This document shows, piece by piece, positions 1 through 17,140 of a DNA stretch of 64,000 bases. The DNA comes from Octopus vulgaris. Lineage: Eukaryota. Within the stretch, counting starts at the first letter, position 1, and each line of letters starts with the position of its first letter. The translations under genes were made by a program, and so were the position numbers. Location of the stretch: assembly GCA_951406725.2 (NCBI GenBank), contig OX597818.1:8184001-8248000 (forward strand), given 5' to 3'. The notes under the pieces were generated by a model. That model saw only the letters and a list, made by a program, of their open reading frames with translations, ran no database searches and was not told the origin of the DNA.

Positions 1-3000
1 ATGATACATGTCCTCTTGGCAGAGATTAATTCTAAGACTACCAGATCTCTTATATACTAGTTAATGTGTCCCTATCTTTCGAATCCAAAACGCATTTAAT
101 CAAATTCATAAAATAACGTTTTCTTCTAAACTTAAATGTATAACAATGGTGATGTAATCTAGACTTCCAAATAGTTTCAGATGACATTATTACATAATAC
201 GTTCGATCACTTGCAATTACTATACAATGATATATACTACTATCTTCTTTTGACGTTAATTTTCTAACGGACAGATAAGTTTTGTTTTATAATTACAAAG
301 ACGTTTATTCACACGTATGTAACACACATGTTTAAAAGAATTACTATTGACGCTACTTTCAGAATTAGGTGGGTGTTGATCCAGGACAATAAGCATTATT
401 ATAATCAATATTACTAAGTTAAAAAAATACAACTACATAAAAGCTACTATGAATTAACTTCACCAAAAGTATCAAAAATAATTTCAGGAAACTGATCATT
501 AGAGTTTATCTCAAAATTGACCCTATCGGTCCAACTTGTGTTTACTAATTTTAAGCTGTTACTGTCTATTTTTTCTTTGTATATGTGCTGCTATAATTTC
601 AGCCATGTTTTTCTGGTGGTTAAATAGGAAACATTTACCGTATAGCGATTAAAGAATTTCCATTTCCCGTAGTTACTATGTAAAACTTAATAAAATATAC
701 TATTTCACCAGCTGTTATAATAAAACTTCACTTCAGTTTGTGTATTTTATATATTATCCGGTTAAAACATTCGTATGAAATAAAAATCAATTAAATATTA
801 TAGAATACTATATAAAATATCGCTTATCACAAGTAAAACAGTGTCAGTTTATGATAACAACAAACATGAAAAATATAACATTGCTCTTACTCAGCAACAA
901 AACTCTAACAAGAATATCATTTAACAGTTGCTGCAGGGTTACAATGCACAGTACTACTAGCGTCTATTACTTTCCTTGGACAACTACTGAAATGTTGGTT
1001 TATATTCATTTTAACGGAACGGTTAAATTATAAGCTTAGGCTTCCTACAGAATTAAATTTTAATCGCTTTGACTATCGGGTTATATAGATATCACCTTTG
1101 AAACCAACTTCTACTTCCTCTTGATTTCTAATTTCATAATAATTATACAACCCACTCCACTCTTCCATCCAGCCTCCAAGGAACTTAATGATAAATCAGC
1201 TAGCGTTAAACCTTTCATCTTGAACATCTTACACATAAATGTACCACTCTATTCCCAAATTTCACTTAATATCATCTTGTAGCCTAGAATCAACCATCAA
1301 AACGTTGTGTATACATATCTGCAGTGAAAATCAAAACACTTTCGATATCCTACACAGCGTTACTGTTCGGAAACGTCATCATCATCATTTCTAGCGAGTT
1401 ATATTAAGAATTTAAGTATGATGTTGTGTATTTTTAGCAGCAGCTAAGTACGTGGTAGCAGCAAACGTAATTTCATTGCTAGAAAGAAGAGACTTTCACG
1501 CATGTATCATCTCATTAAGACATGCGATTTAAAGGGAAAGCAGAACCAGCATTATTGGCGTAGGCAGAACAAGTTTAAACATTTCTCTATTCTCACATCT
1601 TCAGAGCAGAAATACATGCAATTTCCAGAAACCTCGATAGCTGCAACTAAATCATTGATTTACTCAAAGATTACAACATTCCCAAATACATACAGGGGAC
1701 ATAATCTCTTAACTTAGACTTCGTTTCACACTTTAGTATTGGCCGTGCTGTCTTAACTGTCATTCATAAGTATTCACCAACTACTTACGGTAACATAATT
1801 TACGTTTACATTTTCTTGTGAATTAATATTTGCTATCAAATTTATAAAGTCTCGGGGAGACAATAGCTATTAATTACAAGGACTAGTTAGAGTGTTGAGT
1901 GCTTAGCGCCAACTAATTTAGCACCTGTATAGCACTGAATAATGTACCTTATTGAATACAAGAAAGAATCTATGTTTACTTTCGTTTTTTTCCCACTGTG
2001 TTTCTAAAATGTAAATGGTATATTGAACACGGGAATATCTTGTAAACCAACAAAAATGGACCTAATACTTTGGATGTGAAAGTGAAATGCTTCATATCTA
2101 ATAGTAATGATACAGATAATGATAATATATATTTTCACACTGATGAAAATAATGTTTGAGTTATTTTACACAAAAAATTAACTTTAGACGAAAAGTAGGA
2201 AGATATAATTGTAAAATATGATCTGCACATATTTGAATAACTGCATAAGACAATGTCTTACTCAAAGTGATTGTGTCCAATGACGCAATGCGAATTTACA
2301 TATATTTAAATATTTACAGATCACTTCAGAGTTAGCGGTTGACTGCAGTATATCTTTTATTACCAGTTTATAAGACCTCTATCATTCGATGGCCACCTAG
2401 CTGATATATAAATAAAAACTCACTTTTAAAAATAGATATAACACTAGGCCATTTCTTTCATTAATGTTCCTCAAAAGAAAGTCTTTTATTGTAAAATCTT
2501 TCTTTCAATGTCCTTCCCGTCATGCAACAATGGTGTTGGAGGTGGTGACAAAATTTGTATCTTTTCCATTAATCTCATCCTTCTATATCAAACGGTTCAT
2601 TCCCAAGGCATGAGCTAAATGGTGTGTGTAGATAAACAAATGACTTCTGTAGATGCAGTAATCTCAAGGGGTATAATTACCTTCCCATTAGTGTACAAGG
2701 GAAAGGTAAATTCTAATAGGGTTTTACGTCAATCCGTGTATCGGTCGCTTATAAATAAATTGCATCCTATGAATATTAGATATCGTTCGGCTGAACATTT
2801 AACAAATAGGTGCTTGCAAGTTTTCTCTATGATTTTTTTTAATGCTCGCACATTAAATCCACGAGGACGTCTTGAAAATTAAGTAGGTCATGTTTGTCTC
2901 TATACTTATTTGAAATCCTAATAAGGTGCAAGCCCAGAGAATTCCGATGTATAGATCTTTCGTGTATGTTTACCATCTGCGTTTTAAAGATGTCTAAACC

Positions 3001-5974
3001 AGCAACATTGTATAGGCTTAAGCGTATAGAAGGAGATTTCATGTAACGTACATTAGTTGCCAATCCTATTGTGAGCCTTGTATTTTAAGATGTAATTAAG
3101 CTAGTTGTATTTTTGAAAAGCGCTGAATATATATGTTAACGCTTCTTCGCCAATCGAGTAAATTAACATATTCAAAATTAGGAAAAGCTTTTATACATCC
3201 GTATCATATACTTAAAAATTTAGGTAGTGTTTGCTTCTCTTTCCCAATTTGAAAATAAGTGGAAAAAATAAGTGGAAAACCTAAAGTGGTGAATTTGATA
3301 ATAAATTCTAATAAATTTTATAAAGATAAGATAACAAAAATTAAAACTTCGACAAAAATACTGTTTCATACAGAGAAAAAAACAAGTAAACAATATTGTC
3401 AAAGAAGAGTGCAAATACTAAGGGGTTGTGTGAAGGTTATGGCTATTTGAAAGCTTAATCAGCTGAAAGGTTGTTGGGCAAAATATTCTAGCGTACAGAG
3501 ATCTGATGTCCGTTCATCTATGTTTGTTCAGTTACCTAACAAGACATAGTATATAATGGAGAAAACTTAATTTCAGTTATCTTGTTTATTGTCTTAGTAG
3601 TTCGCATGTACCAAAGTCATTCAACAGATTCGTTTCGCGTTATATGTAGCTCATTACTATGAAGCGGAACCAAGGAAATAAACATTAGAGAGAGGTGTAT
3701 AACAACAAAACCTGGGATTTGATCATGCCGAATTTTCCCAAGAAAAATAACAAAGTAAAGAATAGCCTAACAGCGGTTGATAGGTAGAATTTCCAAGCAC
3801 ATAGGGACAATGCACATAGAAGGATCAGTTTGTTTTTGTAAGAGCAAACACGATTCACATCGCTACAGTTTGGCATCAGAAGATAACGGCTTACAACGAC
3901 AAGAGTTTCTGCACGACACATTAACGTTATTCTGCTACATTTTGGATTTGGAGAGTAATGCATGTGGTTGGTAAATAAAGCTGTAATGTCGTTTGGCTTG
4001 AATGAACCTTCGTGCTGCTATATCTCCCGTTAAGAAGAAGACTCGGTCAGAGGCAACTTAACTTCATTGTGCAGATGCCTCATATTGCCATGCAGGATAC
4101 ATAACTTTTGCTATGAAAAATAGAAAAGCAAATATGATGCCTCAAAGAGCGGCTAGCCTGGTGAGTGCAGCCGTCCTCTATGATAAAATCACGTCTCTTA
4201 CTGTGTCTTGGTGATTGAGGAGACCGATAAAAAGTGTCGTGTGGAGGTGTGTTTGACGCATTACATAGATCTTTTTAGAAAGTTTTATACCCTGGACTAA
4301 TTGAGGAACTCTACAGATCTAAGATCACTGTGACCACCAGGCTGCACTCTAGCTGGCAAACACATATTTAGAATAGCTCAAAATTAACAATTTTGGACAT
4401 TCAAATAATGTCAACAACAACCGGATATTTTTTGCCACTGCTAACACCATCGTAGCCTTCACAACGAACGTCAACTTAACAGCATCCGTCACCACCACTA
4501 CTATCATCACTGTCACAAACATTACCATCAATATTATTACCTTCGCAACTCAAATATTATCACCAATAACACCAGCTTAACAACCGCTTCCACTACTAAC
4601 TTCACCAATATCACCAGTATTAGAAACAAACATCAGCATCACAATTTATTATTACCAAAACCATCACCACTAACCGCATAAACATCACAAGCACTATCCT
4701 CATCATTGTAATATTATATTAAATAGTGATATTAATATTATTACATCATCCCGCTTATCCTCGTCATCTATAAAATCGGCATCAACTTATATCATTATCG
4801 TGATAATCGATATCATCATCATAATTATTACTACTATAATCAGTGTTTGCTTCTGCTTAGTCTGTTGCTGTTGGAGTCGCTGCCGTTTCTACTATTGGTG
4901 ATGTCGACGTTCCTATTTAAGCTTCTACAATTGGTGATGATGATGGTGGTGGTGGTGGTCGTCGTCGTCGTGATGTTCTAGCGGCAGGGAAGAATGTTGA
5001 TGATGAAGATAAGCTAGACCATTAACATCATAGTTGCCAACCATATATAATTATGCCTATTGGTTTTATAAACTACCACCACTATCATTGCTAATCACCC
5101 ACACACACACACACACACACGACCAGCACTACTGCAGTAAAGGCGGCCAATTTTGTATCGGAAATTAGAAAAGAACGAGTTGGTCATCGCTAAAATAAAT
5201 GAAAATTGTTACGTGTATCTATCGCTAGTCTGGAGCAGAACAACAAGAGTTCTACTGCCAGCCACATCAGACCCACGTACATAAGTAGCAAAGCTACGAC
5301 GACCAGAGATTCTATCTTCACTTCATCATCCCCCACAAATATTTCTTGGATGCCCGGCTCCATTATATGTTTATTAACTTATTGGTTACTACTATGTATA
5401 GATCCCTACATGTTCATGAATGCCTCCATCCAGCATGTCAACATGTCCTATCAGCAGACTTAGAAAGCATAAATCCCATAAAAGCAATAGTGCCTCCGGC
5501 AAGTATTTTCAATGGGAGCTATACTGAATTTAATACAAGCATCTAAAATATTACGTGTCATGATTACTATTATAAAAGTCTGAGTAATTGCAGACGGTTG
5601 TGAAACGATTATTTGCTGGGTTAGTCAGATCAGGAGATTTGAGTTCAAGTCTGACTCACATTTCAAAAACAAAAATACTTTTGCTGTTTTGTAGGAAAAT
5701 GACATTCATTACTTCTTACTCGAAATTATTGTACTAGAATGTTTTGGAATTGTACTGCCACATAACAGTAGTTTACTCTTTGGATTTCGTCGAAAAGTTA
5801 AAGTTAAGATCTAGCTTACTTTAAATATATATATATATTAAATATATACATGTGTGCAATAGTGCGTGTGTGAACACATCTACATATGTTTGTGTGTCTG
5901 CATTTGTGAGTTTGCGTCTGTGAATATTATTATTCTATTATATCTTATATAATATTCAAGTTTTCCTTTATACT

Positions 5975-6062
5975 TTTACTTGCTTCAGTCATTTGACTCC
6001 GACCATGCTGGAGCGCCACTGTAAATGGTTTTGGGTCGAGGAAATCGAACCCAGAACTTATT
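5975..6062 (-). mobile_element. 3' fragment of abundant tRNA-derived SINE (family A)
   Basis: ttcagtcatttgactccgaccatgctggagc...aatcgaacccagaacttattc matches the tails of the copies at 19.4 kb and 42.8 kb. Confidence 0.7.
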
Positions 6063-6140
6063 CATACATACACACACATATGCACACACATTCACACACA
6101 CACTCGATCACACACACACATGCATATATATATAAATATA

Positions 6141-6382
6141 TTTCTTCCAAGGAATCTAATGCGCTTTGCTTAGTTTTTTTCTTTGAGGCTGGCCAAATCG
6201 GAACGATCTTGAGCATAACCAGCCGAAATTGCAAAGATAATCTGGAACCCGACTGAGGATAGAAAACTCCGAATGACTCGTCCTTGTTTTCTTTGCATCG
6301 TCTATCTGGATGATGTTTTGTTGCCCCTGTTTTGTATGAACTAACTTCAAGGATGTTCTGCATTATGTTCCATTTTTTATTT

Positions 6383-6431
<49 letters not shown>

Positions 6432-6628
6432 CGGTGATGATGTACTTGCATAGCAAGTGACCTGATCTGATATCGTGTGGTGGAAGGAAAACAATTGCAG
6501 CGTGGAAGGTGTTTATAAGCCATTTGAGAAACACACAAAAACCGTTAGATTCACTTCAACATTTAAATTTAATTTGTCAAAATATTTTCGTCGCTTTGAG
6601 ACCGGTTTCTCAAACTCCGCAATTGTTT
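6141..6628. repeat. Two short unclassified non-coding elements separated and flanked by (TA)n tracts
   Basis: Unique-looking ~240 bp and ~200 bp blocks bounded by TA microsatellites (about 6388-6429 and 6629-6654); no credible ORF. Confidence 0.4.
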
Positions 6629-6654
6629 ATATATATATATATATATATATATAT

Positions 6655-7178
<524 letters not shown>

Positions 7179-7734
7179 AATAAACAAATGAATAAGAATA
7201 AATGAGTGTAAAAATACTAAGCTCTTACAGCTGTTTCTACTATGGGGTTGCCCAATCTGCCAAATTTTCCACACCATGTCAGTAATATACAGGGACTTTA
7301 CAAAGGTTGAACAAACATTGGACAGGGATTCCATAATGACTGAGCCGCAAAGCTTCATCAGGAAGACAATAATATTAGGAATCTAACATGTGAAGAAGTA
7401 AGGTAAAATAGTAAAATAAAATTATAACGTAATAGAAATAGTAAGGAATGGTATAAAGGTCAATTCCAAGGTGATATCCATAATGCATGGTATTACATCT
7501 TATGGTAAAAAAGTCACTTCCAGGAGTAATTTCCACGGGTTATCAGAATTACATCGTATTTCATTTTTGATTAGGAGAACTAGCGAGTGTAAGACGTTGT
7601 GGAGTGAGTTTGATGGGATGGTCCATATCATAGGGGGTCAAAAAATTAAGGCTAACTGTTATATAATAATGCATTATAAAAAGAATTGAGAAAGTTAACT
7701 AATGTGAACTTGTTTGGGGAAATCCATACATATG

Positions 7735-8140
7735 GGCGTAGAAGTGGGTGTGTGTAAAGTAGCTTCCTTACGAACCATATGGTTCCGGGTTTAGTCCCAC
7801 TGCGTGACATCTTGGGCAAGTGTCTTCTACTATAGCTTCGGGCCGAGCAAAATCTTGTGAGTGGATTTGGTAGACGGAAACTGAAAGAAGCCCGTCGTAT
7901 ATGTGTATATATATATATGTATCTATGTACGTGTGTGTATGTCTGTGTTTGTCCCCCCATCATCGCTTGACAACCGATGCCTGTGTGTTTACGTCCCCGT
8001 AATTTAGCGGCTCGGCAAATGTGACTGATAGAATAAGTACTAGGCTTACAAAGAATAAGTCCTGCGGTCGATTTGCTCGAATAAAGGCAGTGCTCCAGCA
8101 TGACCACAGTCAAATAAAGGCTGAAGCAATGAATGGAAAA
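7735..8140 (+). mobile_element. tRNA-derived SINE (family A), near full length with internal (TA/TG)n
   Basis: Degenerate tRNA-like head, cttgggcaagtgtcttctactatagc core; collinear with the reverse complements of 19405-19795 and 42748-43225. Confidence 0.85.
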
Positions 8141-8589
8141 AATAAACAAAACTGGACTCTATCGGAGGGAGGTAGCCGATTAGTACATTATTGTTTTAAA
8201 ATGCAGAGAGAAATAATGCACTAAAGTAAGAATTAGGAAATGTTACTCCGTTATGGATAGATCTAAGTTATACTTTGAAATTTACAAGCAATTGTCCGTG
8301 ATAGAAAAGGAAAAAGTTGAAATGAATGAATGAAAATATATTCAGATTTGTAGACTACAAATGAAGCGGGGTAACTGTGTATTACGTTCCCATTTTGGGT
8401 GTATAGAGAGATATTTACACACTTAAAATAAAGTTGAGGTTATTTTCAATTACATATAGAAATATAAAGTATTCATGTTAGGATAGAGCTAAAGCTTATA
8501 GAAGATTATGAACCATATGTGGTATTATAATTGTATAAGGCTGTGAATTTCAAATTTGTCAAATTATAGAATTAATTACAATTACAATG

Positions 8590-9610
8590 AGAGCTATTCT
8601 GGCTAAGGTTGACGGCTGTCGTGGAGAAGCTTGTAGGGAAGGTACAGATATGTGCAATCCCTGGTAGGTTGATCCAGAACAATCTTCACCTTGTCCGCTA
8701 CACCTTAGACAGGGTTAGGAAATTAGCCGGCAAAGGAGGGGCAATGGTCCATTTAGACCAAAGTAAAGCATTCGATAGGGTTGACCATCGGTATCTGGCG
8801 GCAGTCCTCGAAGCTGGCTTTTGCGGGTGGATCTCCGCTATGTACAGTAGCTTCATGTCCACAGCCCAGATAAACGGCTAGCTAACAGAGCTGTTTTCGA
8901 TCAAGCGCTCAGTTCATCAAGGGTGTCCCCTGTTTCCGCTTATGTAAGTGTTGGCTCTTGAGCCGTAAGTGCGGAAGTTGGAGAGGTTTGGAGGCAACAC
9001 TAATAAAATCGGATGCGGTAACTCTGTATCTGCTTATGCGGATGACATCACCTTCATCGTGTCCAACGAAGGAAGGGCGGATGTGGTGCAGATATTCATG
9101 GCATCTGTAATCACTTACCGCCTAACCGTTGTCCCTTGCCCCGATTCGTGGCTAAACACTTTGGAATGAATCCTTTTCCGCTTTTTGTGGAAGCGGGGAA
9201 AGCCATTTGTAAGGCGCTCAGTTTGCTGCCAGGAACCGTTAAAGAGCGAGCTGGGGATGCCTTGGCTAATGATGTGCAGACATGTGCTGAAGTTGAGACA
9301 TCTCTGGCACCACCTGGAAGGTGATAAGGTGTGGAATCCACTGGCAGAGGAATTCTTCCCGCGACTCGCTTCTATGGAGAGATTTAAACCCGGTTTCATA
9401 AAAAGAGGGAACCTGACTTTATGGCAGAAGGAGTGCCGACAGGCACTCTGGCTAATCCACAAGGCGGTAAGGCCGGCTGCGGGAATACCATCCCGATGTT
9501 CTATAGAAGGTTGATAGAGGCAAAAAATGATGACCTCCTTGGAGGTGCTCTGCGGTTCGATGAGAACCAACTCACCAATCGAAAATATAAGGACACAGAT
9601 CGTGTCGTAT
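8590..9610 (+). mobile_element. Decayed L1/Tx1-clade LINE ORF2 fragment (RT)
   Basis: IPGRLIQNNLHLVR, LDQSKAFDRVDHRYL, RSVHQGCPL, SAYADDIT motifs with in-frame stops and an internal deletion. Confidence 0.9.
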
Positions 9611-9624
9611 AGCCAGCTGGAGAC

Positions 9625-10760
<1,136 letters not shown>

Positions 10761-11127
10761 TTAAAAATTCTTACATAGAATTTCCATGCATATATTTTAT
10801 ACTTTAGTTAGTTATTGACATCAGCGTAAGTTTAAATACAAAACTTGCCTTTCTTAGAATATTATATTCCTTCATAATGCACTTTTTGTACGTGTTAATG
10901 TATTGTAGATATTATTTCAGTTCCCATTTAAATTAACCTATTTAGGGTTACCTTGATAAGACTGTTTTAGCATAAATTTCCCATGATATCATTTTGACTG
11001 GTATTTAATGCTTTTCCATTTCTATGTGTCAAAATTCTGGCACAAAGAAACGATCATCAGTAGTATATGATGTAAATTAAAGATGTGATTATCTTTATTC
11101 TTGTTCATGTTCAAGTTTGTATGTATG

Positions 11128-11171
<44 letters not shown>

Positions 11172-11327
11172 TATAGAAATATATATGCATTTATACGTCT
11201 ATATATATATGTGGTTTATGTATATGTGTGTGTGTGTGTCTGTGTGAAAGTATGCGTTTTTGCGTGTATGTATATAAATGTGTACCTGCTGATGTACACA
11301 CACATACGTAGATGTATATTTACATGA

Positions 11328-11370
<43 letters not shown>

Positions 11371-12160
11371 TTTGCGTGGATACATAAAGGGAAATATGGA
11401 TGGCCACTTGGAGAATTAATTCTGAAGCTCTAGTAGTGAGAGAGAGGTCATGGAATCTGATTATTTGGCGTTCATTCAAATTTTCTGCAGACGAACAATG
11501 AATACTCTCTCGGTGAAACGTTACGTGTCTGTCAGTATCCATTAAAAAATCATTTAAAGCTGTAGATTTAGTAGTTAGCGAATGATAATTACGAAGCACA
11601 ATACAAGGTTACAACAGTTATCGTCAGCGATTCGTTACGTCACTAGTCTTTCAATTCGCTTGTGTTCGATGATTCTCCCATATAATCAGTAACCAATTAT
11701 CTCGGCTTTGAATCCTCTTATCCCAAATTTCTGAGAAACCCGTGATTCATTTAAATTAGTTATAATGTTTTAGAGCCCAGGGGCAAGTTCATATGCATGG
11801 CTACAATATAAAGAATATGCAACACTTCAGGTTTGACTAAGCCATGGTAACAAGAAGAAAAAGCGCATTGAAATAAAATATCGATCATGGGGATGAAAAT
11901 CGTGATGATGAGGAAGAGGAGAATATGGGGAAAGTAACAGAATGAGAAAGACGGAGTGGAGGATTTGGAGGACTATGATATCGTTCATCAAAGTAGTGGT
12001 ATTGTTGATGTAGGAAAATGTAGTATTAGCATGTGCTTATCGCGCAGTCTTGTCTTGTCTTGTCTTAGAATACAATTCAATGTTGTTTATTGACCCGTAT
12101 GGCATATTGGCGAGTATGTGTATGTATTTTTTTCCTTGTATTCTGCAGGAATATGCACAT

Positions 12161-13380
<1,220 letters not shown>

Positions 13381-13469
13381 TTAATATTATTATTATTATT
13401 ATTATTATTATTGTTGTTGTTGTTGTTATTGTTGTTGTATCACTTTTACATTACCCTCTCTCATTCCAT

Positions 13470-13990
13470 ACAGTCTTGGTATTTACGGCATAAGAGCCAA
13501 TAAAGATACACACACAAACATTATCGTAGCAGCGCTTGTCTTCTTTTTGAGCAAGGCTTTCACCACCACTTACCAAGTGGGTCACATTTTCCACACTCGT
13601 TCCACAGAGTCTGCATTTCTGTGTGTCAGAAGTTTTATAGAAGTAATACTTCACTGACTTGCTAGCTAGAGCCTGGTCTTGTGCAGCAATGATCAGACTT
13701 TCAATAGTACGCTTCAAATCACTTCGCTCAAGCCATGCCCACGATGTTGTATTATCCTTAACGTCTTGCATCTTGCGTATTCCTTTCAAACAGTTCATGC
13801 ATTCTCATTTCAATGTCTTCTTTTCTCTTCTCCTCCAACTCTTTGGTTAAACCCTTACTTGCGCACCATTTCATCTGCATTTAAACCCATATCTTTCGCG
13901 ACCTATTGCAGAAGATCTTCATCACTATTTATGAAATACTCGGCAAGTGTTCTCCTTTCACTCCTTATAAAATGGACTATAGCAATTAGT
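13470..13990 (-). mobile_element. Second R4/Dong-clade fragment
   Basis: SWAWLERSDLKRTIESLIIAAQDQAL..KCRLCGTSVENVTHLVSG. Confidence 0.85.
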
Positions 13991-13992
13991 CC

Positions 13993-14391
13993 TCAGACAA
14001 GTAAATATGCAAAACAGACAAGTAAATATGTAGTATTGATTAGAATATTTGTTGTAGCCCAATATTTATACGAAGACAAAAATGTACATGATAACATTTC
14101 CAATAGTTTAAGATGAAAATGCATGATTATTGTTATTATTGTTGTTGTTGTTGTTGTTTTTATTATTATCATCATCATCATTGTTGTTAGTATTTTTTTC
14201 AGAATCTGTTCTTGGTCTGGCTCTTTTTCAGCGTTTTCATGTTGTAGAAATTGAAATTTAGATTTGGTCTTCCACTTAAACATATTCTTTGACAACATTA
14301 TAGAACCTGGCTTAGATCCACTATCCGGTATTGAGGTGAATGTCTTATCGAATTCTGCGATCGACATAAACAACTTCTTGCGTCTGGAATT
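13993..14391 (-). CDS. Candidate host exon (possibly pseudogenic)
   Basis: Pyrimidine tract + tttctacag acceptor, then open frame NSRRKKLFMSIAEFDKTFTSIPDSGSKPGSIMLSKNMFKW...; runs into a microsatellite. Confidence 0.35.
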   Translation of the reverse strand, partial: NSRRKKLFMSIAEFDKTFTSIPDSGSKPGSIMLSKNMFKWKTKSKFQFLQHENAEKEPDQEQILKKILTTMMMMIIIKTTTTTTIITIIMHFHLKLLEMLSCTFLSSYKYWATTNILINTTYLLVCFAYLLV

Positions 14392-15218
14392 CTGTAGAAA
14401 GAAATTTTATGTAAGAAATATTTGAAAATATATGCAGATATATTCAGCAATGTAGGCTATATAATATTTCTATTTTAAGTTTGTATGGTATGATTTTGGA
14501 GATGTTGTGCTGTGAGATGAAGAAGTTCGATTCGCCCTACTGAGGCCGCTTGCTTCGCTTGGGCGCCTGTGACATCGCGCCCATGTATATATAAATGATA
14601 AAAAGAAAGATGCACATATCTATACACACATAACAAATATAATCACACTCGTGACACGTATGTGTCTAGATATGAGTATATGTATAAACAATACACGCAC
14701 ACACACATATATATATTGGTGTATATATATATATATATGTGTGTGTGTATATACATATTTGTTTATATGTTGTGTATGTATGAATGTATGTATGCATGTA
14801 TGTATGTTTGTGCGTTTGTGTGTATGTGTCTATCAATCAAGAAGTTTTCCTGAAATACCCCGTAATATTGATTTGCTTTAGATCATTTGATTCATTTCAT
14901 TTTTCATTAATTATTTTATTTATTCATTTATGTAATTACGTATTACATATACAGTTAATATGTCTTTGATCGTTTTATATCTTCAAAGGCTATTAGTCTT
15001 TTTAATATATATCGTTTTTTGTTTACTAGCGTTATTTAGTGAATATTATATGGAAGGAAAGTTCAGTGAGTGAATAGATAATTTACTGAGTGAAAAGGAA
15101 AGAGAGAGAGAGGGGAGAGGAATGAAGGGTAGTTTGTGAAGAGAAATCGTGTATTTGAAAGAAAGGGTGAGAAGAAAGGGAAATGAAATGGTTGAGAAGT
15201 AAAGTGAGCGGGGCGTAC

Positions 15219-15299
15219 GGCGTGGAGAAATTCCCATATTGTAATAAAACTAAATCGTATAGCATGAGTTGCTGATTTGATTTCCCAGTAGAAGCTTTC
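15219..15299 (-). CDS. Candidate 81-bp phase 0/0 host exon
   Basis: ctctttgttcag acceptor, GT donor; ESFYWEIKSATHAIRFSFITIWEFLHA; splices in frame to the exon starting at 14391. Confidence 0.4.
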
Positions 15300-17140
15300 C
15301 TGAACAAAGAGGATAAAACTGTATTGCCTGACTTCAGATTAGACTCTATAGAGAAAATTGGTAAGAAACAATAAATGTTTCCTCATAATGTTGCCTATTT
15401 ATAGCATTGTCAGATACACGGTGAAGCGGCAGATGCAAGATATGGAATAAAAACAATTTGGTTGTTAATAGGTCGCCTGGATGTTTGGTTGTTGCTTAGC
15501 TGCAAGATAACGTCGACTGAGCGGACCCAGGATCAACGATATTCCATCTAGGACTCAGCCCTTTCTTTTTGCAGTAGAATTTTAACAGCGGCAAATTTAG
15601 CCATATTTCACAAAGTTGCTATGATACATGTTAATAACTTGGGGAAAATGTGAGTAATAAATCTACTAGGATGAGCTTCTTCAACGCAATTCGTGTCTCC
15701 GTACTTCACTTGACAGTTGGATTCTTGGTTGGTATTTTGTTCTTGTAGTTGTGGTTTCGACTCACGTTATTGCACCTTTGTGCTCTGTTTTATCAACGGC
15801 TGGCTCAAAGCCATATAATCTACAATGTCTTTCTCTCAAACGAAGTGAGAAATGTTTCCTAAACTTTCTCATATGAAGAGCGACAACCGAGAAGCTCCGA
15901 TGTTATCAGCACCTCTTTTGTTCAGTGGATAGTTGCTGCCCTTTTTGCTGGTGTTAGACTTCAAGTGAACCCTAATGCACTGCACATACGTTCAATGTCA
16001 ATCAGTCTATGGACATCTTTTCTTACGTAGCTATGACGTGCATCAAAGTAGTATTCTTATAGTATTCTTTTGTGTCTCAAGAAAACTATATGACTTGATT
16101 TGAAAGACACTTAGATTCAATTTTAGAGCATCGAGTGACGCTATACAAGTCACTCATATATTCGCGGTTGACTTATTTACAGCAAGCATAAAAAATATTC
16201 AGTTCAACATCTCATGGTAACACTTTCAAGGCAGATCGTATGAATTAAGGAGGAAATCATGCATTTCTTTTACTCCCTCTGGTTTCAGTCATTGAACTAC
16301 TGCAGTTCTGGGATACCGCATTTCTCTAACTATGTATTGGCTAACAAGGATAATGTAGAAACAAATCTTCTTCACTTAGAGGGAGAGATTGAAAACTGGA
16401 ATTGAAAATCACTTGTTTGTGTAACTTCCTAGCAAGCAATCATTAATCAAAGGATATAATATAAATCGAATATTCAACAACTCTGATAAAGATAGTAACG
16501 CACAACATGAGAACAGTAGCGGAGCCTCCAGTGTATGGGATGTGCGAAATGTAGAGGGCTGCCAGCTTCCTGTGTTCGCGCTACTTTAATTGCTTTATGC
16601 TCAAGTAAAAGAGTAGGTAGCTTATCCACCACAGAAAGCTGCAGAAACACACGCTACCGCTACCCCATTTCTCTAGGAAAACTTTATGGGCTAGGGTACC
16701 TTGAATGATTTAAACAAAAATAAATTAAGAAGAGTAAGTGAGGGTGGTTAAAGGTATGTACATAAATGTTTTTTACACTTTTTGTATATGTTTAGGTACG
16801 ACAAATTTTAAGTTAGTGGCATATACAGAGACAGAAAAAATGTGTCCGTAGTTGTCCTTCTACACTCAAAATTTATTTTCCTCATTGTCATGCAAACTTC
16901 CGAAAACCTTTAAGTTTCAAGAGTATTACTTCTTCTTATATGATGATCATTGCCATTGTGTGGTATGTTTATCTTATCTCAACAAGAATATGAATTTAAT
17001 ACACTAAGAGTATATTTTAACATATTTAATATACGTTTGGGTTATTAAAAATTTTTATCTAGGCAACTGACAACGCTGATGCTTTACCATAGGTAATTTT
17101 ATTTGAAACAAACATATATTAAATATATATGTATGTATGC

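Noticed and set aside
4380-5010. Thr/Ile-rich low-complexity region (also 26370-26660)
   Set aside because: Decayed triplet microsatellite with stops, not a mucin exon
6570-6615. GAAACCGGTCTCAAA half-site on the minus strand
   Set aside because: No upstream core in this truncated copy
7652-8149. 165-aa ORF and similar ORFs at 19245 and 42909
   Set aside because: Incidental frames through SINE family A
11484-11535. cagac...GAAACGTTACGT gtctg hammerhead-like fold
   Set aside because: No CUGANGA-type core and no valid NUH triplet
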